Assembly (NCBI GenBank): GCA_900548275.1
Contig: URJY01000003.1
Location: forward strand, 30,167-94,166
Length of the DNA: 64,000 bases
DNA from: an uncultured Opitutales bacterium
GTDB lineage: Bacteria; Verrucomicrobiota; Verrucomicrobiia; Opitutales; Intestinicryptomonadaceae
Direction: 5' to 3'
Shown: one piece after another, positions 27,813 to 38,353 of the stretch
Numbering within the stretch: the first letter of the stretch is position 1
Layout: each line of letters starts with the position of its first letter
The notes under the pieces: model-generated
What the model saw: only the letters and a program-made list of their open reading frames with translations
Databases searched by the model: none
What the model was told of the DNA's origin: nothing
Translations under genes and position numbers: made by a program

Positions 27813-30053
27813 TTACAAATCAATATCCCTGCTTGTTAGTTGGCGGGGTGGTTCTTTTTTGGGGGCTGGTGGAATAGTCGGGGTGGTTGTGGGTATGGAC
27901 TTGGTCAGAGCGGAATTATCTTTGGGGTAGGTATTTTGTTGCGACTTGGGGTAGTTCGTTGTGGGTGGTGGGGTAATTCTTGGTTGCTGTTTAGGTATTG
28001 GTCGGGCGGGTGGTGGCTGAAGTGGCGGTGTCAGTTGTGGTTTCTGGGTGAAAGTTGGTTCGGGGTATGCTTGGCGGGTTTGTACTCTATTATATAGAGA
28101 TGGACTGGCAGAAGTTGGTCTTGTGGGGTGAGTATTGTTATGCTCGGGCGATGAACTTTTATTCATTACGGCGGGACGGTTTACAAGTTGCCGTTCTCGT
28201 GTGGTGGGTTGTTGCGAATGTTGCGGCTGGGTATGGATTTGGGAAGACGGAGCTTGTTGCATTGGGGGTGTATGATTGGGGTACGATGTTGGTATTGATA
28301 CCTTTCTTAGTTGAGATTGTGCCTCAATCGGCGTAAGAGTCGTCTTTGTCTGGATTGGTGTTTTGGTCTTATCGGAGTAGGAGAAATGCGGTAACGGATG
28401 ATGTTGTGATTGCGTCTGTTGGGGTATCGGGATAGTTTGGTAGGATTGCGTTCTTGCCGAAGTTTGTGTGATGTTTTGTGGGAGTGTGTTCGTGATTTGG
28501 TTTTTCACTTCAATTTTCTTCAACCCAAACGAGCGTAGTAGTGGCATCGCGTAGTCTTCTTTGTGGGGCAGAGTTGTTTGATCGTTCGAAATTAAGACAA
28601 GTTTTGAGCTTGTTGCGTTTACAGCTTTTATGAGTTTAAGGAAGTAGTCGCAGCCGATAAAATCGGCGTTGTCCAAAATAAAGATTGAAGGGGATTGGAT
28701 TTTGCCGATTTCGGCAAAGCGCGTCGTGATGACATTAAAATTCATGCGAACTCGCCTGCGACTGGCGTTTAAGTAGACAATCGGCACCTTGTTGGCGTCT
28801 ACGAAGTGGTTCAGATTTTTAGTGAACGACGCCCCGCCGTCGTCGTTAACTTCAAAGATGGCACTCTGTTCGAAATACATATTTTGGTAGCGGATATCGG
28901 GAATTTCTATGTCGGTCGGGCAGGAAACAAACGTGCGTGCCGAAGCTTTGGCAAATTCCCCGCGCAATTCTGCGTGCACAGGCGGTTGATTGTCCTCCAC
29001 CCCGCATAATCGGGCAGCCCAGTTTGCGATTTTGCCAAAAAGGTTTTGGGGCGTTTGTGGGACTTTCTGTTTGGGGTTAATACCCTTCGGCGATGGATGT
29101 TTTTGTGGCATTTTACCCATCATTCCGCGGGCAACCTTTGCTATCTGGTTGCCGCAGGCAATTTTTATCTCTTTACGAATGCGCCTTAACGCCGCCTTTG
29201 TCATACGGTCTGGGCGTTTGGGTTCTTTAAAGAGATTGGCTATTCTTGCGATTGCGCGTTTACCGTATTTCTTATTCGGATTTTTTGCCTGCAATTCTTT
29301 TGCTTTGCTTTTTATCTGCTTGATCCGCTTGCTGAACCTGTCGCACAACGACTGAGGAATTCCCGCGATTAACACTTCTCCTTTGGCGTCTAACGATGCT
29401 TTTATTCCTTTGTCTTTCAGGCGTTCAACAAGCTTTTGGCGGTAAATCAATGTTGCTACTTGCGACTCTTTGTAGATTTCCAGCGGATCCAAGGCTTTGT
29501 ATTTTTGCTCGTTTTGGTCGTAAGTTAGATTGAAAATTTCGTAATGGCTGTGCAGTTGCGGGTCGTCAGCTCTGCTTAAAAGGTGCGTGATTTTCACGCC
29601 AAGAAAACTTCCAGTAAAGACTGAATCATTCGCCCCGTTCTTCCGAATTCTCACCTTTGCCTTTTCCTCAATCCAGCGCATGGCTTCGTCCGCCGCCTCT
29701 TCGTGGATTGCCATAAAATCGTTGTCTTTGCCGAGCATGTAAACGGCAAGGATGGAAAACGCTTTCGGCGCGGATATACACGCGCTGAAAATTTGCCGTT
29801 TGCATTCCCGCGGTCTTAGCTTTGCTTTCGTAAGCGGGTGTTTGTTGTCTAAAACTGACTTGAAAACATCCGAGGGAGCACTTTTCTCAATGCCCAGCTT
29901 CCCCGCAAGTCTACCGAAAAGCTTCGCGTTTGTGTCATTGTTCTTGTCGTAACAGAAGTAACCTAGCAGATCGTTTTCAAAATATTGAAGTACCTGCGCC
30001 TTATCCATGAACTTAGAAATTGTGAGCATGCCTTTTGAGTTTAGGCATTTCAT
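27813..30053 (-). CDS. MobF/TrwC-type conjugative relaxase with Pro/Gln/Thr-rich C-terminal tail
   Basis: 746 aa; relaxase motif III-like HLLSRADDPQLHSHYEIFN (HxxSRxxDPxLHxH); N-terminal Tyr cluster; low-complexity P/Q/T tail. Confidence 0.65.
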   Translation of the reverse strand: MKCLNSKGMLTISKFMDKAQVLQYFENDLLGYFCYDKNNDTNAKLFGRLAGKLGIEKSAPSDVFKSVLDNKHPLTKAKLRPRECKRQIFSACISAPKAFSILAVYMLGKDNDFMAIHEEAADEAMRWIEEKAKVRIRKNGANDSVFTGSFLGVKITHLLSRADDPQLHSHYEIFNLTYDQNEQKYKALDPLEIYKESQVATLIYRQKLVERLKDKGIKASLDAKGEVLIAGIPQSLCDRFSKRIKQIKSKAKELQAKNPNKKYGKRAIARIANLFKEPKRPDRMTKAALRRIRKEIKIACGNQIAKVARGMMGKMPQKHPSPKGINPKQKVPQTPQNLFGKIANWAARLCGVEDNQPPVHAELRGEFAKASARTFVSCPTDIEIPDIRYQNMYFEQSAIFEVNDDGGASFTKNLNHFVDANKVPIVYLNASRRRVRMNFNVITTRFAEIGKIQSPSIFILDNADFIGCDYFLKLIKAVNATSSKLVLISNDQTTLPHKEDYAMPLLRSFGLKKIEVKNQITNTLPQNITQTSARTQSYQTIPIPQQTQSQHHPLPHFSYSDKTKTPIQTKTTLTPIEAQSQLRKVSIPTSYPNHTPPMQQAPSSQIHTQPQHSQQPTTRERQLVNRPAVMNKSSSPEHNNTHPTRPTSASPSLYNRVQTRQAYPEPTFTQKPQLTPPLQPPPARPIPKQQPRITPPPTTNYPKSQQNTYPKDNSALTKSIPTTTPTIPPAPKKEPPRQLTSRDIDL

Positions 30054-30417
30054 TTCGAAACAAACTTTGCGGTACTGACGGCTACGCCGTCTTGAATATC
30101 ACAGGGTTTTTCTCGCGGGATACGCGTTGCATTTCCCGCTCGATGGGGACGCTACGCGTCCATTAATTATCTGCTTGTTTCGGAGTGCTACACTAACCCC
30201 TCCGACTTCCGTCGGAGGGTAAAGCCCGCAGTTGTTGCCGTAATTCGGCTCGGCTAAATCAGGGTGAAATACCCACCTCCCGAAATCTTTGTACCCTTCC
30301 GTTTCCCCATCTGCACTCTGCCGATTTTACCGAAGCGATTGTTCCACTAACTACCCCCCCTGAAACTTTTTTTGGGAATTTTCGCAAAGCCGAAGCAATC
30401 TTCCTATACTGTAACCT
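30054..30417. promoter_or_regulatory. Candidate oriT / divergent promoter region between the relaxase and the next gene
   Basis: Contains a perfect inverted repeat ccctccgac-ttc-cgtcggaggg (about 30201..30224) and other imperfect inverted repeats immediately upstream of the relaxase gene. Confidence 0.35.
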
Positions 30418-31521
30418 ATGAAGCGAAAAATAAATACGCGCAAAGGTATCCCGCAACAAATTGCGGGAAGTGTAGAAAACATAAAACACGCGATTAAGGA
30501 AAACTGCAATCACGTCTTAAATGCGAAGAAATCCGTAGAGAAAGGGGAAAGTTGTATCTTTGACTCGTGCGTAGACCTTGTCTTGCTTGCCCCTTCGGCG
30601 AACAAAGCCCCCACTTATCGGTGGTTGTGCGATGAGGTGTTTTGTCTTGATCAGAAAGAGGGCTGTCCCGTTAAGCCGGACATATACAAAATCGCAAAGT
30701 CGCTCGGAGAAGTCTGTGTTAAGTTCCAATCGCCGCAAAAGGAAAACTTGCGCAAAGTTGGATGTTCGCGTTGGCAGACAATACGAAAGGCATTGGCTCG
30801 CTATCCAAAAGACAAGCGCGATGAGATTTTGAATTCGTTGGCATCAGCCTCTTTTGACGAATGCGGGGAGGCATTGACACAAAAAGTCAACGCTACCGCA
30901 GCCGCCGCAAATATACAACCCGTGCAAAAGGAGAAAAGTGAACGGCAAAAGGTGAGGGATTCTTTTAATGCAACCCTAAAAAATATAACGGACGATACCC
31001 AGTTAAAGGCTTTGGAGCTGTATTTAGCTAACTTCAATGCCCCAGAGGTTGCGATGCAAAACGATACTGCCGAGGATGTGGAAGAAGTTCAAACAGTACA
31101 AACGCAAGAACCGTCGCCCACAAAATCGGCTACGCCGAATCAAACGCCAATGGAAGAAGACTTGGGTATTTCAATACCAAACTCACCGAGCGATAACTTC
31201 GTTACAAACACCCCCGCCGCTAATACTATTCAGCCGCAGGAAAACCCAACGAACCCTTTCCCTATTCTTGACGGGCTTAGCGACCGTGAAAAGGCGGAAA
31301 AGATTCGGGTGTGGCTAACGAGACTTGAAGGGCGCGAAGCATACAAGCGAGATGCAAACAGCTACGAAATGAAAATCGCGTGGGGTGTCGTCAAAGGAAG
31401 GATACCAGCGCAGGAAGTTTCCGCACTTGAAACACACGAAGACCTTCGCAACTTGGCGGAGGCGAAGTCCTACCGTCAATTTATCCCGATGCAAGATAAA
31501 GGCGATTACCTCCATCCGTAA
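30418..31521 (+). CDS. Hypothetical protein (acidic, Thr/Gln-rich middle region)
   Basis: 367-aa ORF upstream of the integrase, same strand. Confidence 0.45.
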   Translation: MKRKINTRKGIPQQIAGSVENIKHAIKENCNHVLNAKKSVEKGESCIFDSCVDLVLLAPSANKAPTYRWLCDEVFCLDQKEGCPVKPDIYKIAKSLGEVCVKFQSPQKENLRKVGCSRWQTIRKALARYPKDKRDEILNSLASASFDECGEALTQKVNATAAAANIQPVQKEKSERQKVRDSFNATLKNITDDTQLKALELYLANFNAPEVAMQNDTAEDVEEVQTVQTQEPSPTKSATPNQTPMEEDLGISIPNSPSDNFVTNTPAANTIQPQENPTNPFPILDGLSDREKAEKIRVWLTRLEGREAYKRDANSYEMKIAWGVVKGRIPAQEVSALETHEDLRNLAEAKSYRQFIPMQDKGDYLHP

Positions 31522-31552
31522 ATTTTGACTGGCACTGACTAAGCTCATATTC

Positions 31553-32716
31553 ATGAGAAAAAGTTCAGTCCAAATTGTTGTTCGGAAAAATCGTCCCACT
31601 CCGTTTACAGTCAAGTTCCGCGAAATGGGGCAGCGAAAAACGCTCGCCTTCAAAACGCGGAGCGAGGCGGAAATTTTCGCAAACACCCTTGAACGCTCAA
31701 AACGCCTGCCCGATGACGTAATGTTAAATTCGTCGGACCTAATGGCGTTTATGCGTTTGAAGTCGGCTTGTGAAGCGGGCGGGGTTTCGCTTGAAGCGGG
31801 AGTTGAAAAGGCGATATCTTCGCTTATCACGCCCAACGACTACATAAACGGCGGGTTGTCGCTTGCCGCCGCGCTTGAAAAATTCGTAAAGACGCGCGAG
31901 GCTCTGAATTCGCGCAGTTCAACAATAGCCGATTACAGCAGCTACATCGCCAAAGCTCAAAATTTTTTCGGGGTAAACAGAGCTATAAAGACAATCACCA
32001 AGCGCGACTTGGACGCACTACTTGACACACAGGAGCGTCTTTCGGTGAAGAAGGCGTTGTGTGTAAAGCTCAGGATTTTCTTCAAATATTTCCGCCAAAA
32101 GGAGTGGATAGACGAAAATGTTGCCGAAACGCTTACGGTTGAATCTCGCAGGAGGGACGAAGAAAATCCCACGATTCTCACGCCCGAACAGACCGCGCTT
32201 GTTTTCAAGTCGCTACCGAACGATTCAGACGTTTTGGCGAGCTACGCTCTGTGGGCGTTCGCGGGATTGCGTCCCGAAGAAGTCTGTCCGAAAGACAAAA
32301 AGGGGCGGCTTGAATGGAGCGCAATCAATTTCAACGAGCGCGTCATTACTGTTTGCGGAAGCGTTTCAAAGGTGCGTAAAAATCGCAAACTGCAAAATTT
32401 GCCCGAAAATCTTTGGCGGTTCTTGGAGCTGACTCCGCCAGAAAAGCGGATCGGCGCGGTATGCACGAAATCGTATTCAACAATGCGCAGAATCCGCCGC
32501 AAAATTCCCATTGAATTGCCGAAGGACATTTTCCGTCATTCGTTCGCCACATACGGTTACTATAAATACGATCCGAAAGACCTGATTGTTATGATGGGGC
32601 ACCTTCGCGGTTTTACTACTTTTGAGAAACACTATATGGGGCTTGCCGACAGGGCATCCGCCGAAAAATATTTTGCCATTATGCCGCAAAAAGATTCGGA
32701 CACGCCTAAACTATGA
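31553..32716 (+). CDS. Tyrosine-type site-specific recombinase/integrase
   Basis: 387 aa; C-terminal catalytic region with GLRPEEV (Arg), FRHSFATY (HxxR) and the terminal HLRGFTTFEKHY nucleophile Tyr. Confidence 0.8.
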   Translation: MRKSSVQIVVRKNRPTPFTVKFREMGQRKTLAFKTRSEAEIFANTLERSKRLPDDVMLNSSDLMAFMRLKSACEAGGVSLEAGVEKAISSLITPNDYINGGLSLAAALEKFVKTREALNSRSSTIADYSSYIAKAQNFFGVNRAIKTITKRDLDALLDTQERLSVKKALCVKLRIFFKYFRQKEWIDENVAETLTVESRRRDEENPTILTPEQTALVFKSLPNDSDVLASYALWAFAGLRPEEVCPKDKKGRLEWSAINFNERVITVCGSVSKVRKNRKLQNLPENLWRFLELTPPEKRIGAVCTKSYSTMRRIRRKIPIELPKDIFRHSFATYGYYKYDPKDLIVMMGHLRGFTTFEKHYMGLADRASAEKYFAIMPQKDSDTPKL

Positions 32717-32719
32717 GGA

Positions 32720-32869
32720 ATGAAAAAGCCAAATATGGATAACGACCAAATCGAAATGATAATTCGCGCGATTCTCTCGCGTCCCGAATTCATCAGGGCA
32801 GTTGCCGCCGAGCTGAACAATTTCAAGTCAATCGGCAAACCCGATAAAATTGACATCTACCAAGCGTAG
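32720..32869 (+). CDS. Small hypothetical protein (49 aa) immediately downstream of the integrase; excisionase/accessory candidate
   Basis: Hand-translated: MKKPNMDNDQIEMIIRAILSRPEFIRAVAAELNNFKSIGKPDKIDIYQA. Below the ORF-track size cutoff. Confidence 0.3.
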   Translation: MKKPNMDNDQIEMIIRAILSRPEFIRAVAAELNNFKSIGKPDKIDIYQA

Positions 32870-33387
32870 CGGATATTGAAATGCTCAAATCGCACGGTTC
32901 ACACATTGCGCAAGCTTTACCCCGAAATTGTCTCGGGCGGAGAACACTCGCACAAATACGACCGCTCGGCAGTGGAGCGCGTCGCCCAAATCCGCTCCGA
33001 ACGGTATTTGAGATAGCAGCCTGCTTTATAATGCTTGAGAAAACATACAATTTGGCGGCAATTTGTATTGTTTATAAAGCGTTATCGAAAAAGGTAAAAA
33101 TTTCCGTGTTTAAACGGATTTCTTTATTGCGCTGATAACTTACACCGAATCCTCCTAAGTAAATAGTAAACATGGAGGATGTGATAAGTCCTCCCCTGTT
33201 TGCCGATTGCGAGTTGTAGAATTATAATTTATCAATTTATAATTTTAGTTTTGTCTGTACCGTAAACTTCCTATACTTACAAGATTTTACCTTTTACTTT
33301 TGGGTGAGGGCGTTCGATTGGCAAAATAACGGAAAATTAAATAACCGTCTCAGCTTTAAACTTGATATTTAACAACCGCACAATACG

Positions 33388-34401
33388 ATGAAAGTAAGAT
33401 TAAATTCGGGTATTTTCAAGATGACAAGTCGCATAGATATAAAAGAAAACACGCTTCTGCATACGGATGCGGCTTTGCTCGATTTGCTTCTCTACGACAA
33501 TACAACAAAGCGAAATATCATATGGGCAACCGATAACTACGAAAAATTCGGTATACCGTATGCCTATTCAGCCCAAATATATCCCGAGCTAATCACGGAT
33601 AAAAACGGCAATATTATTCGCCCCAGGGTTGCCAAAACGCTTGAAGAACAAACCGCAAGAGTTAAGGATAAGGCAGAAGTCTTTACTCCGTCGTGGATAT
33701 GCAATGCACAAAATAATCTTGTAGACTCTGCATGGTTCGGTCGAACAAATGTTTTTAATAAGGAACGCAATCAATCGTGGGTAGTCAATTCCAAGCGAAT
33801 TGAATTCCCAACAAAAAAGACTTGGCAGGATTATGTATTGGCTAACCGCATGGAGGTATCTTGCGGCGAGGCTCCATACCTTGTCAGCCGTTACGATACA
33901 ATTACGGGGAAGCCAATCCTCCTAAAACGCCGAATCGGGCTTCTTGACCGAAAACTGCGCGTTGTTTCAGAAAATACGGAAAATGTAGAAGATTGGTATA
34001 AGTGGGCGATCTTCGCATTCAAAAGTGTCTACGGGTTTGAATGGCAGGGCGATAACCTTCTTCTGGCAAGAGAAAACCTTCTTTATTCATTTTGCGACTA
34101 CTACAAGGCGAAATTCGGAGGTTCCCCGTCAAGACAGCAAATGCTGGAAATCGCCAATATAATATCGTGGAATATTTGGCAGATGGACGGGCTAAAAGGG
34201 GTCGTCCCCAATACATGTCACGATACGATAACCGTGGAAAAGGACTTACTCGGCAATAAGAAAACAATAAAGCCGTGCGAAGGTTGTAAAAAGGGTGATA
34301 TAACCAAGCATAGTGGCAAATATTGCTATATAATGGATTGGCAGTGCAATAAGAAAATCAGGTATATATCTATACTGAAAAAAGGCAGAAATAAGACATG
34401 A
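33388..34401 (+). CDS. Hypothetical protein with Cys-rich C-terminus, translationally coupled to the large helicase-MTase-like gene
   Basis: 337 aa. Stop overlaps the next start (ATGA at 34398-34401). C-terminal CEGCKKG...CYIMDWQC resembles a zinc ribbon. EVFTPSWI resembles MTase motif X but no AdoMet motif follows. Confidence 0.55.
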   Translation: MKVRLNSGIFKMTSRIDIKENTLLHTDAALLDLLLYDNTTKRNIIWATDNYEKFGIPYAYSAQIYPELITDKNGNIIRPRVAKTLEEQTARVKDKAEVFTPSWICNAQNNLVDSAWFGRTNVFNKERNQSWVVNSKRIEFPTKKTWQDYVLANRMEVSCGEAPYLVSRYDTITGKPILLKRRIGLLDRKLRVVSENTENVEDWYKWAIFAFKSVYGFEWQGDNLLLARENLLYSFCDYYKAKFGGSPSRQQMLEIANIISWNIWQMDGLKGVVPNTCHDTITVEKDLLGNKKTIKPCEGCKKGDITKHSGKYCYIMDWQCNKKIRYISILKKGRNKT

Positions 34402-37400
34402 GCAAGTATAACTACACGAACCCGTTTTCATACAAACTGATATATATCTTCCGAATTAACGACGATCAGCATTCGGGCATTCTAAAGGTTGGCGACACGT
34501 CAATTGACTACGCCGGCTCGCCTGACGACCTCACCCCATCTTGTGAATTACTCAACAAGGCGGCAAAGGAACGCATCAATCAGTATACGAGAACCGCAGG
34601 CATAAAATACGAACTCCTGTATACCGAACTCGCTTTCTACAAAGGTAGCGACGGGAAAAATTACGCTTTTATAGACAAGAAGCTCCATAAAGTTCTTACG
34701 AATTCGGGGATACAAAAGGTTGAATTGTACGGCGCGCAAGAATGGTTTAAGACCGACTTGGAAACCGTAAAGAACGCAATTGCCGCTCTCAAAGCGGGCA
34801 GAAAGAGTTTATCCTCCACGGAAATCTCCGAAGACAAAAGTCCCATTGTGTTGCGGCCATCTCAAATCGAAGCGGTAGAGAAAACCGTCAAATATTTCAA
34901 GAAGAAGTCCAACAAACAATTCTTGTGGAATGCAAAAATGCGTTTCGGAAAGACATTGGCGGCAATGGAAGTGGCAAAACGGTTAAATTTTGCAAAAACA
35001 CTAATCCTTACGCATCGTCCCGCCGTATCCGAGGGTTGGTTTGACGATTTCAAAAAGGTCTTCTACGACGTCAAGTGGTATTACGGTTCTAATTCACACG
35101 AGGGCATAGATTCGCTTTTGAAGCGGGGAGAAAACTTCATCTATTTTAAATCCATACAAGACTTGCGCGGATCGGCGGAAGTCGGCGGAAAGTTTGCGAA
35201 AAATCAGGACATATTTAAGACGGACTGGGATTTTCTGATTATTGACGAAGCTCATGAAGGAACGAGAACAAACTTGGGCAAAGATGTCCTTGATTCCTTA
35301 AAGAACGGCGAAAATACCAAGGTTCTGTTCCTTTCGGGAACGCCGTTTAACTTGGTGTCGGACTTCAACGAAGACGAAACCTATTCCTGGACATACGTCG
35401 ATGAACAACGGGCAAAACAGGAATGGTTCGAAACCCATTTGGGAGACTCCAATCCCTACGGCGACCTGCCTTCGATGAAAATTTACACCTTTGAGCTTTC
35501 AAAGCAGTTCAAGAATTTTCAGGATTCGGACAAGGCATTTAACTTCCGCGAATTTTTCAGGGTTTGGACCGGCGACGCGCTTCGCGACGGCAAAAATGTG
35601 TCAAGCTCTGAAATCGGGCACTTCGTTCACGAAAAAGATGTCCGCCACTTTCTTGATTTAATTTCCCACAAGTCCGACGGTAGTATGTATCCGTTTGCAA
35701 CGGAAGAATTCCGCGGCTATTTTAACCATACCTTGTGGATGGTTCCGGGGGTACGCGAAGCCAAAGCTCTAAGCGCTTTGCTTAAAGAACACGAAATATT
35801 CCGCCATTTTGAAATCGCAAACGTTGCAGGCGACGGCGATGAAGAACAAAATGAAGACGACGCTTTGAAAGTCGTCCGAAATGCCATAGACAACAATCAG
35901 TATACAATTACCTTGTCTTGCGGCAAACTCACAACGGGTGTTACGGTTAAGGAATGGACGGCGGTACTTATGCTTGCAGGCGCATACTCAACTTCGGCGA
36001 TGGGATACTTGCAGACAATATTCCGCGTGCAATCTCCCGCCATAATTGACGGTAGGCAAAAGGAGGTATGCTATGTGTTCGATTTCGCGCCCGACCGCAC
36101 ATTGAAGATGATGGCGGATGCCGTCAATATGTCAACAAAAGCGGGCAAAACCGACGGCGGGCAGAAGAAGGCCATGGGGAAGCTCCTCAATTTTTGCCCC
36201 ATTATTTCCATAGACGGGACAAATATGCGCGAGTATGACGTTGACCAAATGTTGACGCAGCTCAAACGCGCCTACATAGATAAAGTCTCCCAAAACGGCT
36301 TTGACGATGCCCACATATACAACTACAACATCGGCGCGTTTACCGAAAAGGATAAAGAATTCATCAAACACTTGAGTGCCATTGTAAAGGCAAGCAATCA
36401 ATCCAAGGCTCCAAGTGATATTCCCATTAACGATCTTGGGTTTGACAATGAGGAGCACGAAAAGGACGATACCCAGCCGAAATCCGATTCGCAGACACAA
36501 AAGTCGGAGGATAATAAAAAGAGGAAAGAAGAACGCGAACGACGCCGAACCCTTATCTCAAACCTTCGCGCAATTTCAATCCGTATACCGCTTTTAGTCT
36601 ACGGCGCAGACATTCCGTTCGAACAGGATATCAACATTGATAACCTGACCGACATCGTTGACGATGTCTCTTGGGAAGAATTTATGCCCAAAGGGCTCTC
36701 AAAGGAAGACTTTAAACGCTGCAAAAAATTCTATGACGAAACCATATTTGTGGGCGCAGGTAGAGCCATTCGAAACAGAATAAAAGACGCCGAAAAGCTC
36801 CCCGTTATGGAACGCGTAAAGGAAATAGCCGAAATATTCGGAACTTTCCGCAATCCAGATAAGGAAACAGTTCTTACGCCGTGGCGCGTTGTCAATATGC
36901 ACTTGGGAAATTGCATCGGTGGATTCAACTTCTTTGACGAAGATTTCAAACGCACACTTGAAACGCCGCGGTGCATTGACCACGGGAAAGTTTCCAAAGA
37001 AACTGTGTGGAATACCGATGCAAAAATACTTGAGGTAAATTCCAAGACGGGCTTGTATCCGCTCTATATGGCATACTCCATATTCACGGCTCGCCGCCAG
37101 AAGAAACCCGAAGTGAGCGATGAGCAGCACTGGGCGGATACTTTAAAAGACAACATATTCGTGCTTTGCAAAACACCAATGGCGGTAAGCATTACCCGCC
37201 GAACATTGGCTGGTTTTAGAAATCTACAAGTAAACGCGAAATATAGAAAAGATTTGGTAAAAGACGCACAAGAAGAAAGCTCCCGCGAAAAACTCGCAAG
37301 CGAAATTCAAAGCGGTAAAAACTTTTGGAAGATAAACGAGGATAACATTATGAAATTTGACGCAATAGTAGGCAATCCGCCGTATCAGGAAGCAAAGGGC

Positions 37401-38348
37401 ACGAATATTGTCCCAATTTTCAACCACTTCATGACGTTGGCAAAAGAAATAAATCCACGTTACATTTCCATGATTATGCCGTCGCGTTGGATGAAGGGCG
37501 GTAACCGCGGTCTTGACGATTTCATGAAAGAAACTCTCGCCGACACGCGAATTGAATTACTTCACGATTACATAGATCCCAAAGAAGTTTTCCCCGGGGT
37601 CGAAATAAAAGGCGGTGTCTGTTATTTACTTTGGGGGAAATCCCATAAGGGAATGTGCAAATATTCGTTGCACGACGTGTCGAAGAAAGAACAATCGGTT
37701 GAACGCTATCTTAAAACGGAAGGTTGCGACAGCTTTGTTAGATACCCAATTTGCGTGTCTATTTTGGAGAAGGTTCGTAATTTCAACGAACAATCTTTCT
37801 CCGGATTGGTTTCTGTAAGAGAGCCCTATGGATTAAAATCAGATTTCTTTAAACATCCCCAAAAATATGGGGTTGAACACCTCTCAAAAGATCCCATAAA
37901 GGATGGAATAAAAATTTATGGATTAGAAAACCTAAAACGGGTTGAGCGGTATGTCCCCAATTCATATAAAGTTAAGCGCAGAGAGGAAACTCTCAACTCT
38001 TACAAGATATTTATCCCCAATGCGTATGGCTGCGGAGCCATTGGAGAGGAACTCGGCACGCCGATACTCGGCACGCCGATGAGTATATGTACGGAAACCT
38101 TCTACTTAATTGGTCCATTCCAAGGCGAAGATGAAAGTAAAAACGCGTTAAAATACCTAAAAACAAAATTCTTCAGACTCCTTGTCGGATTAAAGAAAAT
38201 CACCCAACACACCACGCGCGATACGTACTCCTTTGTGCCAATTCAAGACTTTTCACGTCCATGGACAGACGGAGAGCTCTATAAAAAATACGCCCTAACC
38301 GACGAAGAAATAGACTTCATCGAAACTATGATCAAGCCTATGAAATAA
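34398..38348 (+). CDS. 1316-aa multidomain protein: GIY-YIG/T5orf172-like N-terminus + ResIII-type SF2 helicase + NPPY (N6-adenine methyltransferase-like) domain + C-terminal specificity-like region; Type ISP-like single-chain R-M/defence enzyme candidate
   Basis: Helicase motifs MRFGKTLAAM (I), LIIDEAHEG (II), LFLSGTPF (III), QTIFRVQSP (VI). FDAIVGNPPYQEAKG is methyltransferase motif IV. N-terminal LIYIFRIND...GILKVGDTS resembles GIY...YIG. No canonical FxGxG AdoMet motif was seen. Confidence 0.8.
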   Translation: MSKYNYTNPFSYKLIYIFRINDDQHSGILKVGDTSIDYAGSPDDLTPSCELLNKAAKERINQYTRTAGIKYELLYTELAFYKGSDGKNYAFIDKKLHKVLTNSGIQKVELYGAQEWFKTDLETVKNAIAALKAGRKSLSSTEISEDKSPIVLRPSQIEAVEKTVKYFKKKSNKQFLWNAKMRFGKTLAAMEVAKRLNFAKTLILTHRPAVSEGWFDDFKKVFYDVKWYYGSNSHEGIDSLLKRGENFIYFKSIQDLRGSAEVGGKFAKNQDIFKTDWDFLIIDEAHEGTRTNLGKDVLDSLKNGENTKVLFLSGTPFNLVSDFNEDETYSWTYVDEQRAKQEWFETHLGDSNPYGDLPSMKIYTFELSKQFKNFQDSDKAFNFREFFRVWTGDALRDGKNVSSSEIGHFVHEKDVRHFLDLISHKSDGSMYPFATEEFRGYFNHTLWMVPGVREAKALSALLKEHEIFRHFEIANVAGDGDEEQNEDDALKVVRNAIDNNQYTITLSCGKLTTGVTVKEWTAVLMLAGAYSTSAMGYLQTIFRVQSPAIIDGRQKEVCYVFDFAPDRTLKMMADAVNMSTKAGKTDGGQKKAMGKLLNFCPIISIDGTNMREYDVDQMLTQLKRAYIDKVSQNGFDDAHIYNYNIGAFTEKDKEFIKHLSAIVKASNQSKAPSDIPINDLGFDNEEHEKDDTQPKSDSQTQKSEDNKKRKEERERRRTLISNLRAISIRIPLLVYGADIPFEQDINIDNLTDIVDDVSWEEFMPKGLSKEDFKRCKKFYDETIFVGAGRAIRNRIKDAEKLPVMERVKEIAEIFGTFRNPDKETVLTPWRVVNMHLGNCIGGFNFFDEDFKRTLETPRCIDHGKVSKETVWNTDAKILEVNSKTGLYPLYMAYSIFTARRQKKPEVSDEQHWADTLKDNIFVLCKTPMAVSITRRTLAGFRNLQVNAKYRKDLVKDAQEESSREKLASEIQSGKNFWKINEDNIMKFDAIVGNPPYQEAKGTNIVPIFNHFMTLAKEINPRYISMIMPSRWMKGGNRGLDDFMKETLADTRIELLHDYIDPKEVFPGVEIKGGVCYLLWGKSHKGMCKYSLHDVSKKEQSVERYLKTEGCDSFVRYPICVSILEKVRNFNEQSFSGLVSVREPYGLKSDFFKHPQKYGVEHLSKDPIKDGIKIYGLENLKRVERYVPNSYKVKRREETLNSYKIFIPNAYGCGAIGEELGTPILGTPMSICTETFYLIGPFQGEDESKNALKYLKTKFFRLLVGLKKITQHTTRDTYSFVPIQDFSRPWTDGELYKKYALTDEEIDFIETMIKPMK

Positions 38349-38353
38349 CTATT

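Noticed and set aside
27840-28336. Trp/Gly-rich plus-strand ORFs opposite the relaxase C-terminal tail
   Set aside because: Antisense of the P/Q/T-rich low-complexity tail of the relaxase.
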